This document shows, piece by piece, positions 24,901-36,872 of a DNA stretch of 64,000 nucleotides. Every line of letters begins with the position of its first letter. Within the stretch, counting starts at the first letter, position 1. Origin of the DNA: Ruditapes philippinarum (taxonomy: Eukaryota); contig NW_026863607.1 in assembly GCF_026571515.1 (NCBI RefSeq), positions 186,001-250,000 on the forward strand, read 5' to 3'. Both the position numbers and the translations under genes were made by a program. Under the pieces are notes generated by a model that searched no databases, had not been told where the DNA came from, and saw nothing but the letters and a program-made list of their open reading frames with translations.

Positions 24901-27372
24901 AATTATGTGAATTCAATTTAACCTTTATTTTTTCAGTTGGTATCTATAATTTAGCATAATTCTGAACTGAAACTGTTTTGTCATGTTATGTTAAGTTAAA
25001 ATCTGATAACATGTTACTTCAAGTTATAAAATGATACGATGGACTTTATAGTGTACTGGACGGAAAATTTGCGTAGGCAGAGATAATGTTTGTGCTTCTT
25101 AATTATATCAGGTTTGCATTAAAGCAAATGTAGTTTGGAAAAAAAGAATCAAATCATAATATCAAACCCCTTAAAATTTTCTGTACGTGAAATTTTAATT
25201 CGATATAATTGATTTAAATTCCCATAGAATTCAAGAAATATCAGGGAAAATGTTTCTAAAAACGAGTATAATTTTTTCCAGCATTGTCGAATTTCAGAGC
25301 TAGTGGCCAGTATCATGATTGTGAAAATAAACCCAGAGACAATTTTAACATTGCAAAAGGCAATATGTTCAAAAGTTATAACAGAATGCATTTTATATAA
25401 TCAATGTATCGAAATAAGTTTCTTTAGGATTGCAATGAAATATTATTTGTTATTATTTCATTTTTCTTTCATCATATTATTAAGATTTTTTTTTCTTTTC
25501 TTGAGGCATTGATACAAGTCAGAAGCGGATAAGAATTTGAAGCATGCTTTTTCTTCTTTTTTTTTTAATTTTGTGCTCCTCGTGAAATAATGTTTTCGAA
25601 GGTTTCTAATATTAATTGTTTATCTAGGATGTTATTTAAAAAAAGGAATGAATTTTTGAAAGTTCATATAAATTGTTTGATTTCCATGCAATTGCTTTGA
25701 AACTTTACAATATTCTGTTTAAAAGTTTAAAAGGCATTAAAGCAGATTAACATGTACTCAATTATACTTTTTATTCTTTGTTTTCGTTTTTCATGAAATC
25801 CATATTATTCGTGCAATTTATCAAAGAGCACAGACTTTACCTGACCCATAGACATCTTTATCTGATTGCGAATGATCTTTTATTTGCATGGCAAGTTTTG
25901 ATGGATTTACACGGTATGTATGATTATATTAAAATTATCATTAAATAGAATCATGACGGACTAAAATAAGATCTACTAATAGCTTCACAAAATTCAATTT
26001 TAGCCTCCGCTATTATTGATAAAGCTTTATCTTTATACATGTTAAAGCATCATTTTTTGTAAGTATTACAAATACGTTTTGTACACAAAAAGTCTTCTTA
26101 TTTAACTTGACATAGTAACAGGCCTATTTTATGAATGAAAATGGAAACCTTTTCCACGCGGAAATGTATTCGTACTTTGAGAGAATCTTGTAATTACTGA
26201 AGCCCTTTTTGACATTGAAGCTCATGTCACGGTACAAGCCCAAGCGTAATCATATCATCATATAACCTTATAAAACAGAAACAATGAAATTATCCCCGCA
26301 ATGTGAAGCCTTACATAAACACTTGAAATTGTTCTAATCATACTAAAACTAAGATTAACCATGATCGTTTTGTAAATAGCGGGTCTAATTGCCTCATGAC
26401 TTCTTGAGGGCGTACCAATTAAACAAACGGATGGAGCTGCAGATAATGCTGTTACTGAAGTTGCAAAAGCATAGTTCCATGAATTTATGAACTGTTTTAC
26501 AATTGCATAGCGAGTAAAGGAAACATAATTATCCCATTTTAGCTATGGTAATACATTTATAATACCATTTCATTAATTGAAAGTATCATCATGATAAAAA
26601 AGATATATTTCTATATATTGGATATCTGAATGCATTGTTTTAGAAATTAACGAATACGTAGTCGCGAATACGTTAATTGCATTAAACTTAAAACTATTTA
26701 AAAAAGTTTAAATAATTTTCCAGTGATTCATTCGATGAATTTTATGAGACAAAGAGCAAATATAATATTATATTTTTTAATAATATCAAAGCACTGTTTT
26801 ATGAAAAACCAGTAAATCATAGGTAATATAAATGACAAGCATTTGAAGAAAAGTCAGTATCATAAGATAAAACTATTATTATTCATTATTAAACTGGAGT
26901 GTTTAAGCAAATATTAAGATCTACCGCCGTAAAATTGTCATGGAATTTCACAATCAAAAGAAGGAAAATAAATGCTGTTTCCTAAGTTGTAAAAATTGTA
27001 AATTGAATATGCCATATATAAATTACCAATGACATATTTATACAGTGTACTATTACTATTTTCTAATTTATTACATATTTCATTAATAGTAAATTAATAA
27101 ATTCACATGTATGAATTCCGTTTTAGACGAGCTAAAATAGACAAAAAAATGGGATAATTTGAATCAAATTTAGTGATAAAATAAGTGATAACATTTTCCT
27201 TAATCCATGTATGTAACGTGTATTACAATACGAGGATTCTTAAATATATCAACTAATCAAAACATTTAGCGTAAATTGTGGTGCGAATCCGTACATTCGT
27301 AAAATAAAAACATAAACATACAAAATTTAATAAATACTTTCAAAAATGAAAAACAAAAAGAAAATAACTTAC

Positions 27373-27528
27373 GAACTGTTATCACGTACGTTTTGCTCAA
27401 TATATTACTTTATCTCTTCATGTGTAATGTTCTAATTAAAACAGAAAAATGAGGAAAGAGGTCTTATCCGAACCTGTTAGTCTTGTAAATTACTTTGCAA
27501 AATCCTTACATTCGTTCATCCTTATATA
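27373..27528 (-). promoter_or_regulatory. Possible alternative upstream TATA promoter and first exon
   Basis: Minus-strand TATATAAG at 27528-27521 in the same TCTTGTATA context as the proximal candidate, and a consensus donor gtaagt at 27372. Confidence 0.3.
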
Positions 27529-28509
27529 CAAGAATCTACTGAAACTGCCGAGTAATTCAGATACCCTATCTAATAAATCGACTTTCTCTTGTATTACAGT
27601 TGGTGTCGTTTATTAGTAAAACAGGGATGATCTGGCAATTCACAAATGAAAAATCAGTACCGTTAGAGTTTTTGAAACATATTCACTCGATTGCAGAGTA
27701 CAATAGGTATATCGTGCTACATGAAGCTTAACTTGTAATAGGAAGATGAAATAATTACATAAAGTTTAAAACGTGATCCAGAATTCATGAGATAAATGCT
27801 TACAATGTTTGTGTCTAGTTTAATTTAACATTTTATTTGTTTACAATTACGAAATATAGCGATGCATTACTTTTGCCATTTCGCGTAAATTAGAAAAGCC
27901 AGTATCTGCGTCTTTGTCTAGGAATGCGCAAATGCCTGTATTCTTCACATTTTTTTTTTTTTTTTTTTTTTATATAATTGTTAGTTGCAGACTTGTTTGA
28001 TTTGTCTTCCACTTTTTACATATGAGACAAGTCAGCTTTGTAATTATAAAGGGATAAACTTATATATCAATCGTTAACATGTTTCCGTCAGTTTCCGGAG
28101 TTTTGCTAGGTAAAGAGTTTCGAAATCAAAGTGTCATCATGAGAAAGGCATTATTTTAAATTGTATAAAGGATAATGAAAGTTTTGAACAGAGACAAGCT
28201 CCATCATGCACTATTTTTATCTTTCAAATAAAAACAACAGTCAACTTTGTAATGAAATCAATTACATACATACGATACCGTTAATTAAATGTACAAATGT
28301 AAAAAAAACAGTGTTTTAAAGTGATATCATCTCCAAATAAATACATTTTAATTAAATATCATCGGATGCATTAATTCATTCTGTTTATCCTTCTTATGTC
28401 CGTCTTTCAATCTGGACAAACCCATTCATTCCTTTTTGAGAGTGCAGCCAACATGACCATAAAACAAATTCTACTTTCTTTATTTTTAATAAGTATGTTT
28501 TTATAAGAA

Positions 28510-31500
28510 CTAGGTGTTTTATTAAATTTCAATAAAAAGCATGAAATGATGAAGTATCTTTGTGTATCTCAGCATTGAATACTCGAAAGTTGAAAAATCT
28601 ATCTTTAAGTTAGTCTTTGGTAAAAATGAAATATGTATGACTTGATCTTTTACAAACACGCAAGAGATGCTTCAAATGTAAATATGATTGACTTTTTCTA
28701 TTTCTATATTTATTTCTTTCTGCATTTTTTAATTTATTGTAATGGATTGTCTCTCACGCAACATAATACACATCTGAGAAGAGTTGTCTTATACGTCAAT
28801 GGATTAGACATGATAGAGGAACCTCTTAAAATAGTCATACAAGATCATACCGATACTGGTGTTACTCTCAGAGTGAGTTTAATACATATCACAAATCCGA
28901 AGCTATACTGTAAAGAAAATGAGGCAAAGACAAATGCCATAGCTTATTCTATACCATCCTAGATAAGAGGTCTATGAAGTAGTCATGGCGTGTCATAAAT
29001 ATCCCTATTTATCTACGAATGCTTTTTTTCATTTCCCTTATAAGACATCTTTACGCCCTATATTGCGTGACTACGCATGAAATAGATTGGAATCTATTCT
29101 TCATTTTGACTAGCGATAGAAATAAAAAGGCTTAATGTTGACATAGCGTTTAACAAAGACCTTATAATCAGGTTAGAATAGTTATCTTTACTATATGTAT
29201 ATATCCTATACATCAAATTAACGTGGAATAATATTTAATCATATTTGCAGTAAGCTTTTGAAGGTTCGTCATATTTTGATCAATGCAACTTATATTGATC
29301 CAAAGAAAACTTGCGATCTAAGTATTATATTTCCTCATTTTTTGACGACATATAATATAGATCATTGCATACGAATATCACTTTTTGACGAATAGGATTA
29401 TTGATGCTGTATAACCTAACACCATTAATACTTTTTTAGCGCTAGACCTATTGTTTATCATTCTGCAAGGCTTTTACCCAATGTATCTGTTAATGAACAT
29501 GGTTTGATATCTATTCCATGTAAAATTACATGGAATAAAATATATTAAGAATCAAACTGCTAACAGATTAAATCTATCATTAAATTGTTCATAATTATGT
29601 GAAACAATTACAATATCTTAATGAGTTCTGCAAATAATGTTTCGGAAAGAAAACAAATCTATTAATTAAAGTATTACTAGAAGATACTGTTGATAAAAAG
29701 TAAAACATTATGCACATACATGCAGTACTTTAATAGTCAAAGTCATCAACACATATTGCAAAATTTGCAATTACTACTGCAGATTTAAGAATCAAATTAT
29801 GAAATTTCATATAAATGACGGGCTGAATAAATGTTATTTGTAACAAACTCAAAGTGATTTCTTTTTCAAACGTTTGCGGTGTTGTGTACATTTACACAAT
29901 TCACGCTGAGGACGACAATGTGTAAGTGTGTGTGTTTGGTTTGTTTACCCTTGCCACCAAAATAAACCATATGGGCGAGCAATCTGTGAGGTAATACAGA
30001 CTATTGTTATTTTTATATAAATGGCAAAAACTAATAACATTACAATCGATAAAAGACACCTGCAAAATTGTCAAATAATCAAGTTAATTGTTATCTACTG
30101 TACAATGTATTCAGTTTTAGTTATAACGTAATGCATTTTTATTGTTCTGAACTGTTGCTTAGTAACCGAGTATAATTTTACACGTTTCCTTTATATATAG
30201 ACCAACGTTCAATACCACGTTACTGTATTTAGTCTCAGAAATTCTTTTGTATCAGAGCGCATCTGTCAAGATAAAACGTAATCACAAAGAGGTTAATTTC
30301 TGTCGCATTTCGAGTGTTGTTTGTTTAAGTGTCGCTTATATAGCCATGGTGCATACGATTCTAACTGATAAATACAACTTAACATATTTTGATGTGGTTG
30401 CAAATGAAGTCGGTGAAAAATAAATGAATACCTATCACCATGATTTGTTTCAAGTTTCTTACATATCAAGCATACGCTTTACTATGTGTTGTTGTGGTTT
30501 TTTGTTTGTTTGTTTTTTTTGTTGTTTTATATAATTTTATTTTCATTCTTATTCATTATTTCGTCGTTAAACGATATATTATACATAAAACCAGTTTCGA
30601 CCACCTTATTTGTATGTTGGGAATTTTACTGTTAAGGAAAGTGTAAATAACATTGGTTTAACTTGAATTAAATACCAGGATTGTCAATATTTCCATTTAA
30701 ATGAACAAGTATATAGCATGTGTGGTTGTTTGTTTTCTTAGGAATGTTATTGCTTACTAAGGTTAAGAAATCATGTTAGTCATAGAGCATAACGTTCTTA
30801 TTATTTGTCAGTCTCTGACGAAAGAATTAGTTACTACTGCTTAAGTTTCCCAGAAAGCCAACTAGGTGGACCTACTGCTGATCTATGCACGTTTAACCCA
30901 TTACTCGATATACACGAATATATATGAAATTGGCGTTAAATGAAACTAATTCGCAATTACACATTGATCGACATGTGTTGAATGTTTCCAAATATACGGC
31001 AAATACTTTTGATTCTAATGATCAAATCAATAATTTACTGCATCTGAACACAAGAGAAAATATCGTTTTAAATAAAGAGTTTAGAAGTATATATTGACAT
31101 TCCATACGAATCTACTGTATATAGTACTGTTGTATAGAAAATATTCACCATGAATATCAGTATCGTATTATATAAAGAATACAATTTAGTTTGATTCTGT
31201 TGGTTCAATTAATCATTATGACAATTTTATTGGAATCGATCTTGTAGGATTTTAACAAGTTAGATTTAATCAAATTAAATAAAATAACACTGCTCGTCTG
31301 AATATTAGCATTGTGGGAAATGTGACCTTTAACAACTGTAAAATCAGGGACAATTTAAAATCTCAATAGAGAGAAATCTAATTTGCAAGACATAGTGTTA
31401 TATAAAAATTCTATATCTGTCAGACAAAAGGGTTAAATGCATTAGGCGTACAATCACATGGTTAATGGGATTTGACAGACGTTACTTGATATGTCTTTAC

Positions 31501-33290
31501 AATTTGATAAAAAATGCATTTTCGAAGGATTTCAATTTGCACGAGCATTAGTTAAAAAACTACGAAAGACCGGTAGGGACATTTCAACTTCATGAAGTCC
31601 CGATTTCAGCTTCATGAATTCTCGATTTCAACTTCAAGAATTCACAATTTCAACTTCATGAATTCACGATTTCAACTTCATGAATTCACGATTTCAACTT
31701 CATGAATTCACGATTTCAACTTCATGAATTCACGATTTCAACTTCACGAATTCACGATTTCAAGTTCATGAAGTTGAAATCGTGAAATCGTGAAGTTGAA
31801 ATTGTGAATTCGTGTAGTTGAAATCGTGAATTCGTGAAGTTGAAATTGTGAATTCACGAAGTTGAATTCGTGAAGTTGAAATCGTGAATTCATGAAGTTG
31901 AAATCGTGAATTCGTGAAGTTGAAATCGTGAATTCGTGAAGTTGAAATCGTGAATTCATGAAGTTGAAATCGTGAATTCGTGAAGTTGAAATCGTGAATT
32001 CATGAAGTTGAAATCGTGAAGTCTTGAAATTGAAATTGCGAATTTGCGAAGTTTAAATCCTGAATTCATGAAGTTGAAATTGTGAATTCATGAAGTTGAA
32101 ATCGTAAATTCGTGAAGTTAAAATCGTGAATTCATGAAGTTGAAATCGTGAATTCGTGAAGTTGAAGTCGTGAATTCATGAAGCTGTATCGTGAATTCTT
32201 GAATTCCGTATTTTAAAAACGGGAATTCATGAAGTTTAAATTGTGAATTCATGAAAATGAAATCGGGAATTCATGAAGTTGAAATGGCCCTACTGGTCTT
32301 TCGTAAAAAACAAATGGCCTATTTGCTTACCTTAATATGAACTATCTTTGCCGGTTTTAAAATACAATGTGGCTATCGATACCTAATTGGCATTTTGTAT
32401 ATATCTAAGTTAATATCGTTTTAACTTAAAAGCGATTTTCATGAAGATTTTAATTTCGCCATTTTCATGTTGAAACATTAAATACTTCTAAACCCATTAC
32501 TGCATGAGCATTTTGTGAAAAATGGCTGTTTTCATTGAAAAGTTTCTCGTTACAAGTTCCAATTGCTATAAAACTATAACCTCAAAATTGCCAAAAATCA
32601 CTATTTTGCGTTGATTCTTTCCACCAAAATTGATTTCAAAGTACTGCAACTTCTCAATGGATTGAAATAGAGTCAAAGGCTTTTCAGCGTTTGTTACATG
32701 CTACCTTATGATCGCCCTGGGATGCATAACCTTTGTAGAATAACTTATATACCTAAAATTAAAAAACAAATGATTCCCAAGACAGCAAAATAATGTTCTT
32801 TATATTGCTAAAGAATAGCCATTCATATCATTATAATAAAAAAATCTTTCTGCATCATCAACTCGTCCTCTTAGGAAGTATTTTACACTGAATTATATAA
32901 ATTCTAGACCAATAATACAATAAACATAAGTTCAACTTCCACCTTCTATGCTAAAGTTATACTTTTCTTTATTCCATTAAATCTTTAGGTTGATTTAGAC
33001 AAAGTGAAGGCGTTTTAACAGTGTTGCATCGTAATGAAAATAACAGGTTTTGACATAGCAAATGGTGTAATCATGTAATAACAGCTGTGCAGACGTAGAA
33101 AATAAAATCAATACTGATATCACAAACGTATAAGAGAAAACATTAAAATGGTTGTTGCAAACAAAGTATATCAGATTGTGGTCTACTGTTGGGATCAACT
33201 CTATCACGAGGATTGCGCCACAAGTTTGTAGGTTAATCTTGTTTGGAGTTCATATGCTGTTTTAATGCAAGCATATTCAGACAGACATTT
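28510..33290 (+). repeat. Segmental tandem duplication A, copy 1 (paralog at ~37190-42865)
   Basis: Colinear blocks aligned by eye: 28740-29290/37359-37910, 30040-30470/38320-38760, 30930-31550/39295-39955, 32312-32450/39968-40122 and 32721-33280/42269-42860. Confidence 0.9.
31561..32305. mobile_element. Non-autonomous IS3EU-like element made of an inverted 22-bp tandem array
   Basis: TIR tacgaaagacc[g/a]gtaggg[a/c]catttcaacttcatgaa, termini TAC...GTA, and 6-bp TSD aaaaac (31555-31560 and 32306-32311). The 22-bp unit tgaattcacgatttcaacttca flips orientation at ~31768. The paralog has an empty site at ~39950-39975. Confidence 0.9.
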
Positions 33291-33806
33291 GTGCGCGTAC
33301 AAACTGTTATTCGGATACCTCTCAGGAAAGAATTTTGTAAAAATCCCCCATGTTCATGCATATTTTTGTTGCAGACTTGAACTTCAAGCATTTTTGGTTA
33401 CAAACTTATGTGTCAATAATATGGCATGCATATTATTCATCGGACACTAACTAGTCATTTCTTATAATACTTATAAGCAATTATATATTTAGGCAGTTAT
33501 ACCCGTATGTTCAATAAGAAATTTTTTCGTCGATTTTTCGTGCAATTTTTCTATGTATAATTTCTCACTCATGACTTTCTTTCTTTCATATATATTCATT
33601 CCTGGGCGGGAATGGTCTTATATAAACAAAAAATGTGTTTGCTATAAGATATTTGTAATAAGAAAATTAATAGTGACTGAGTCAGCCAACTGCGGTAAAA
33701 GAAGCTATAAATAGCTCGCCGCTATGATAATAAAAGTGATGACGTCACAATAATGTTAAAAATAACTTAAATATATAAGGCCAATTAGCACGAAGAAAAA
33801 ACAACG

Positions 33807-33879
33807 GCCGCTGTGGTGTAGTGGTTAGCATACTGGACCGGCAATCCAGAGACCCGTGGTTCGTGTCCCGGCTGCGGCG
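33807..33879 (+). pseudogene. tRNA-like (pseudo-tRNA / SINE-head) sequence, GGC at the anticodon position, copy 1
   Basis: 73 nt. Acceptor GCCGCTG/CTGCGGC has one T-T mismatch; A box TGGTGTAGTGG; anticodon arm CTGGA-CCGGCAA-TCCAG; degenerate B box GGTTCGTGTCC; no U33. Confidence 0.65.
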
Positions 33880-34159
33880 TGCCGATTTTTCGTGCGATTT
33901 TTCTATGTATAATTACTCGCTCATGACTTTCTTTCTTTCATATATATTCTTTACTGGGCGGGATTGGTCTTATAAAAACAATAAATGTGTTTGCCATAAG
34001 ATATTTGTAATAAGAAAATTAATAGTGACTGAGTCAGCCAACTGCGGTAAAAAAAAGCTATAAATAGCTCGCCGCTATGGTAATAAAAGTGATAACGTCA
34101 CAATAAAGTTAAAAATAACTTAAATATATAAGGCCAATTAGCACGAAGAAAAAGCAACG

Positions 34160-34232
34160 GCCACTGTGGTGTAGTGGTTAGCATACTGGACGGGCAATCC
34201 AGAGACCCGTGGTTCGAGTTCCGGCTGCGGCG
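34160..34232 (+). pseudogene. tRNA-like sequence, copy 2
   Basis: As copy 1, with loop CGGGCAA, B box GGTTCGAGTTC and an extra acceptor-stem mismatch. Confidence 0.62.
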
Positions 34233-34777
34233 TGCCGATTTTTCGTGCGATTTTTCTATACATATATATTATATATAAAATATATATATATGTATATTTA
34301 TATGCAACTTGTGCATGCGTGTAGATATATCATAAAATAAGATGTTAATTTTAAGTTCCAATTGAAATGGATTAAATTGTGAATTTGAGTGAATAAGACT
34401 TAAGTTCTCTGAAAAATTATTATATTATATTATGCGCATTCACAAATAGTCAAAACTTGTCTTGGGGTTTTATTGTTTGGTTGTGAGTCCAAATGTTTTA
34501 TTTAATTTAAAGCTGTTAAAGTATTACGAAATTCTAGAAAAATATGTATATGAAGAAACACATAATCATTACATTTTCAAGCAGAATCGTTAAAGTTAAT
34601 TTCACTAAGTGAAAATTAAAGGTGAATTATTAAACAGGTTCTTTCAACACAGCATAAGTACGATAACATGCTATGAAGTATGGTAGTAAACTAAATTTCA
34701 ACAATGTTTATTCGATGGTTTTTTTGTCCATGCTGGTGATATAAAGTTCAAGGCTGGATGTGTTTGACGACGAATCT

Positions 34778-35381
34778 TTCCCACATTGTGGAATATGTGT
34801 GAGAAGAAGTCTGTCTAGATTGGTTTAACGCGCCATGTGACCCCAAATGATCCAATATCATACACATGTGACTTTTTGAAAAAAGAGCTTACCAACAAAA
34901 ATTCTTTAAATGAACATATGAAAATAAACTTTCAAATTCGGTTGGTAGTAAAGGTTTCATTAAACCTTGTTTACTAAAACAACATGAAAGGAGTATCCAC
35001 GCAGATATTTCGCCTATAATTGTTCAACTTGTGGGAAAACTTTTAAAACCGAACTGTGTTCGTATGAGTTCATATGAGATCTCATTCCGATACACCCCGC
35101 CCGTTTAAATGCGGTAATATAAAACAGCTTGGTCTGAAATTTCAAACAGTGTCAAAACACCAAAAGCGCCATTGACTAAAAGTGACAGGCCTTGTAAAAA
35201 GTGTGGAGAGTCGTTTAATGGCGGAAGACTTCTAAAACAACATTTGAAAATACGTGAACCTCCTTAATATAACTGTCATGTTTGTGGAAAATCATTCCAC
35301 TGGAAAAAGTGCCTACGACTTCAAATGAGATGTAAAGTGGACGACGAGAGGGAGATAAGTGAATATATCTTGAAGATCTAA
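34778..35381 (+). pseudogene. Decayed multi-finger C2H2 zinc-finger coding sequence
   Basis: Manual translation across frameshifts and stops gives YTCDFLKKELTNKNSLNEHMK, KGFIKPCLLKQHERSIH, YNCSTCGKTFKTELC/VHMRSHSDTPRPFKC and PCKKCGESFNGGRLLKQHLKIREPP*YNCHVCGKSFHWKKCLRLQMR. Confidence 0.85.
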
Positions 35382-36872
35382 ATATAGAAAAATATTTTGA
35401 TGGACATTTATCACAGGATTTGATCATATGTCGTTCATTTTTTTATTCGTCATATAATTCATGTTAAATCTTTAGTAAGTTTAAGACAGAAAATCGCATG
35501 TCGCGTTTCATGATTCATGTTCATATTGTGATACTATGAGTAATAATTGTGAACAGTATTATGGTTTGATTACATTTATTAACACATATTCATTTTTTTT
35601 TAATTATTTTTGTGCCCTACCCTATGATAATTCTACTCCCACCAAACATCATTTCGTTTGAGGAAGCGATCAACCTATTACATTGGTACTATGAATACAT
35701 AATGTATGGTCTATTGATAAAGGTGGTACTTTATTTCCTTCTGAAATACTTAGAAGCTGTCATATAACGTTTATGAGGGTTTGGCTTAGAAAAATAAACC
35801 AAACATTAGAATGACGATTATATCATTTCAGACTCTGTAGTAGGTAAAGTTTTAACATGATGACATGCGTTTGAATTCAAGCTGAAATTTATATCTTGTA
35901 TATGCTATTATTTTGTTTACAGGTTCAATTCAGTTGTAATTTGATGACATCACAATAAATTATCAAAAATAGTTTTTACTAAAGATTTTAGTATTAAGCA
36001 TTATGCAATAAATTTGAAACGTAAACACTCATACTGTGTATTTTTGTTGTTAAAAAAATTGTTTAAAATTTTAAAAATAAAACAAGTAAAAGAACACAAA
36101 ATAATGTAAATAATTGACATTTATAAATATAGCCTTCATTCAGCCCTAGTTTGATATTGAGTTCAATAAAAAAGGAATAAGTTTGAAACCAAAAATGCTT
36201 GAGGTACAAGTCTGCAACCTAACTCTGCTTAAACAAGCTTTTTTGTGTATTGAAGGTTACAAAATCATTTGTACAGTATTGACAGAAACATATTTTTCTT
36301 GTTTGATTTACATTAAAACTTAAAAATACGAATAAATGAGGAGAGAAATAAACTAACAGAAAAGTTACTCGTCAAATCTAAAAATATGAACATGATCAGT
36401 AAATAACTTCTAAATTCAAATTCAAATTCTTTATTTCTCTCAGTGCATCATACATGATACAAACATAAGGTATATAACAATTAACATTTGTAAAAACGGC
36501 AATACATACATGGCAAGTCATTTACAGAGAACAATCACAATACATAAAAAAAGATTAACCATCTATTGTTTATTTATTTTTTCTTCTTTCGTTCAGGAGG
36601 AGTATTCTCTCAATATCTTCGTCAAAACAGAAGCTAGGATGTTGACACCTATAACCGAGAGTGTCATATACGTGCATTATGGACTGTACATATTAATGGA
36701 CTTCAAAAAAAACAACCTCAAACCTCTTGCCTGTCAATCATCTGTTCACGAGTTGCAAAATATTTCGCCGTGGTCGCCATGTTGTCAGGTTGGAACCAAT
36801 TCACACCTTTGAACCAAGTTAGCAACAGTTTCACGTCCTGCCCCTTGTACAGCTCTGTTAGTACTTTACTTA

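Larger units (their letters stand above)
33531..34260 (+). repeat. Tandem repeat of a ~352-bp unit (2 copies plus a stub) with a tRNA-like segment, followed by a (TA)n tract
   Basis: cgatttttcgtgc[a/g]atttttctat starts at 33531, 33883 and 34236. The units are near-identical, and a TA-rich microsatellite follows at ~34258-34302. Confidence 0.92.

Noticed and set aside
31561-32305. Regular repeats as a CRISPR array or repeat protein (ORF 31744-31959)
   Set aside because: There are no unique spacers and no cas genes, the context is eukaryotic, and the array is bounded by TIRs and a TSD.
33807-34232. Functional tRNA-Ala(GGC) genes
   Set aside because: No U33, mismatched acceptor and T stems, an atypical anticodon and location inside a tandem repeat; kept only as tRNA-like.
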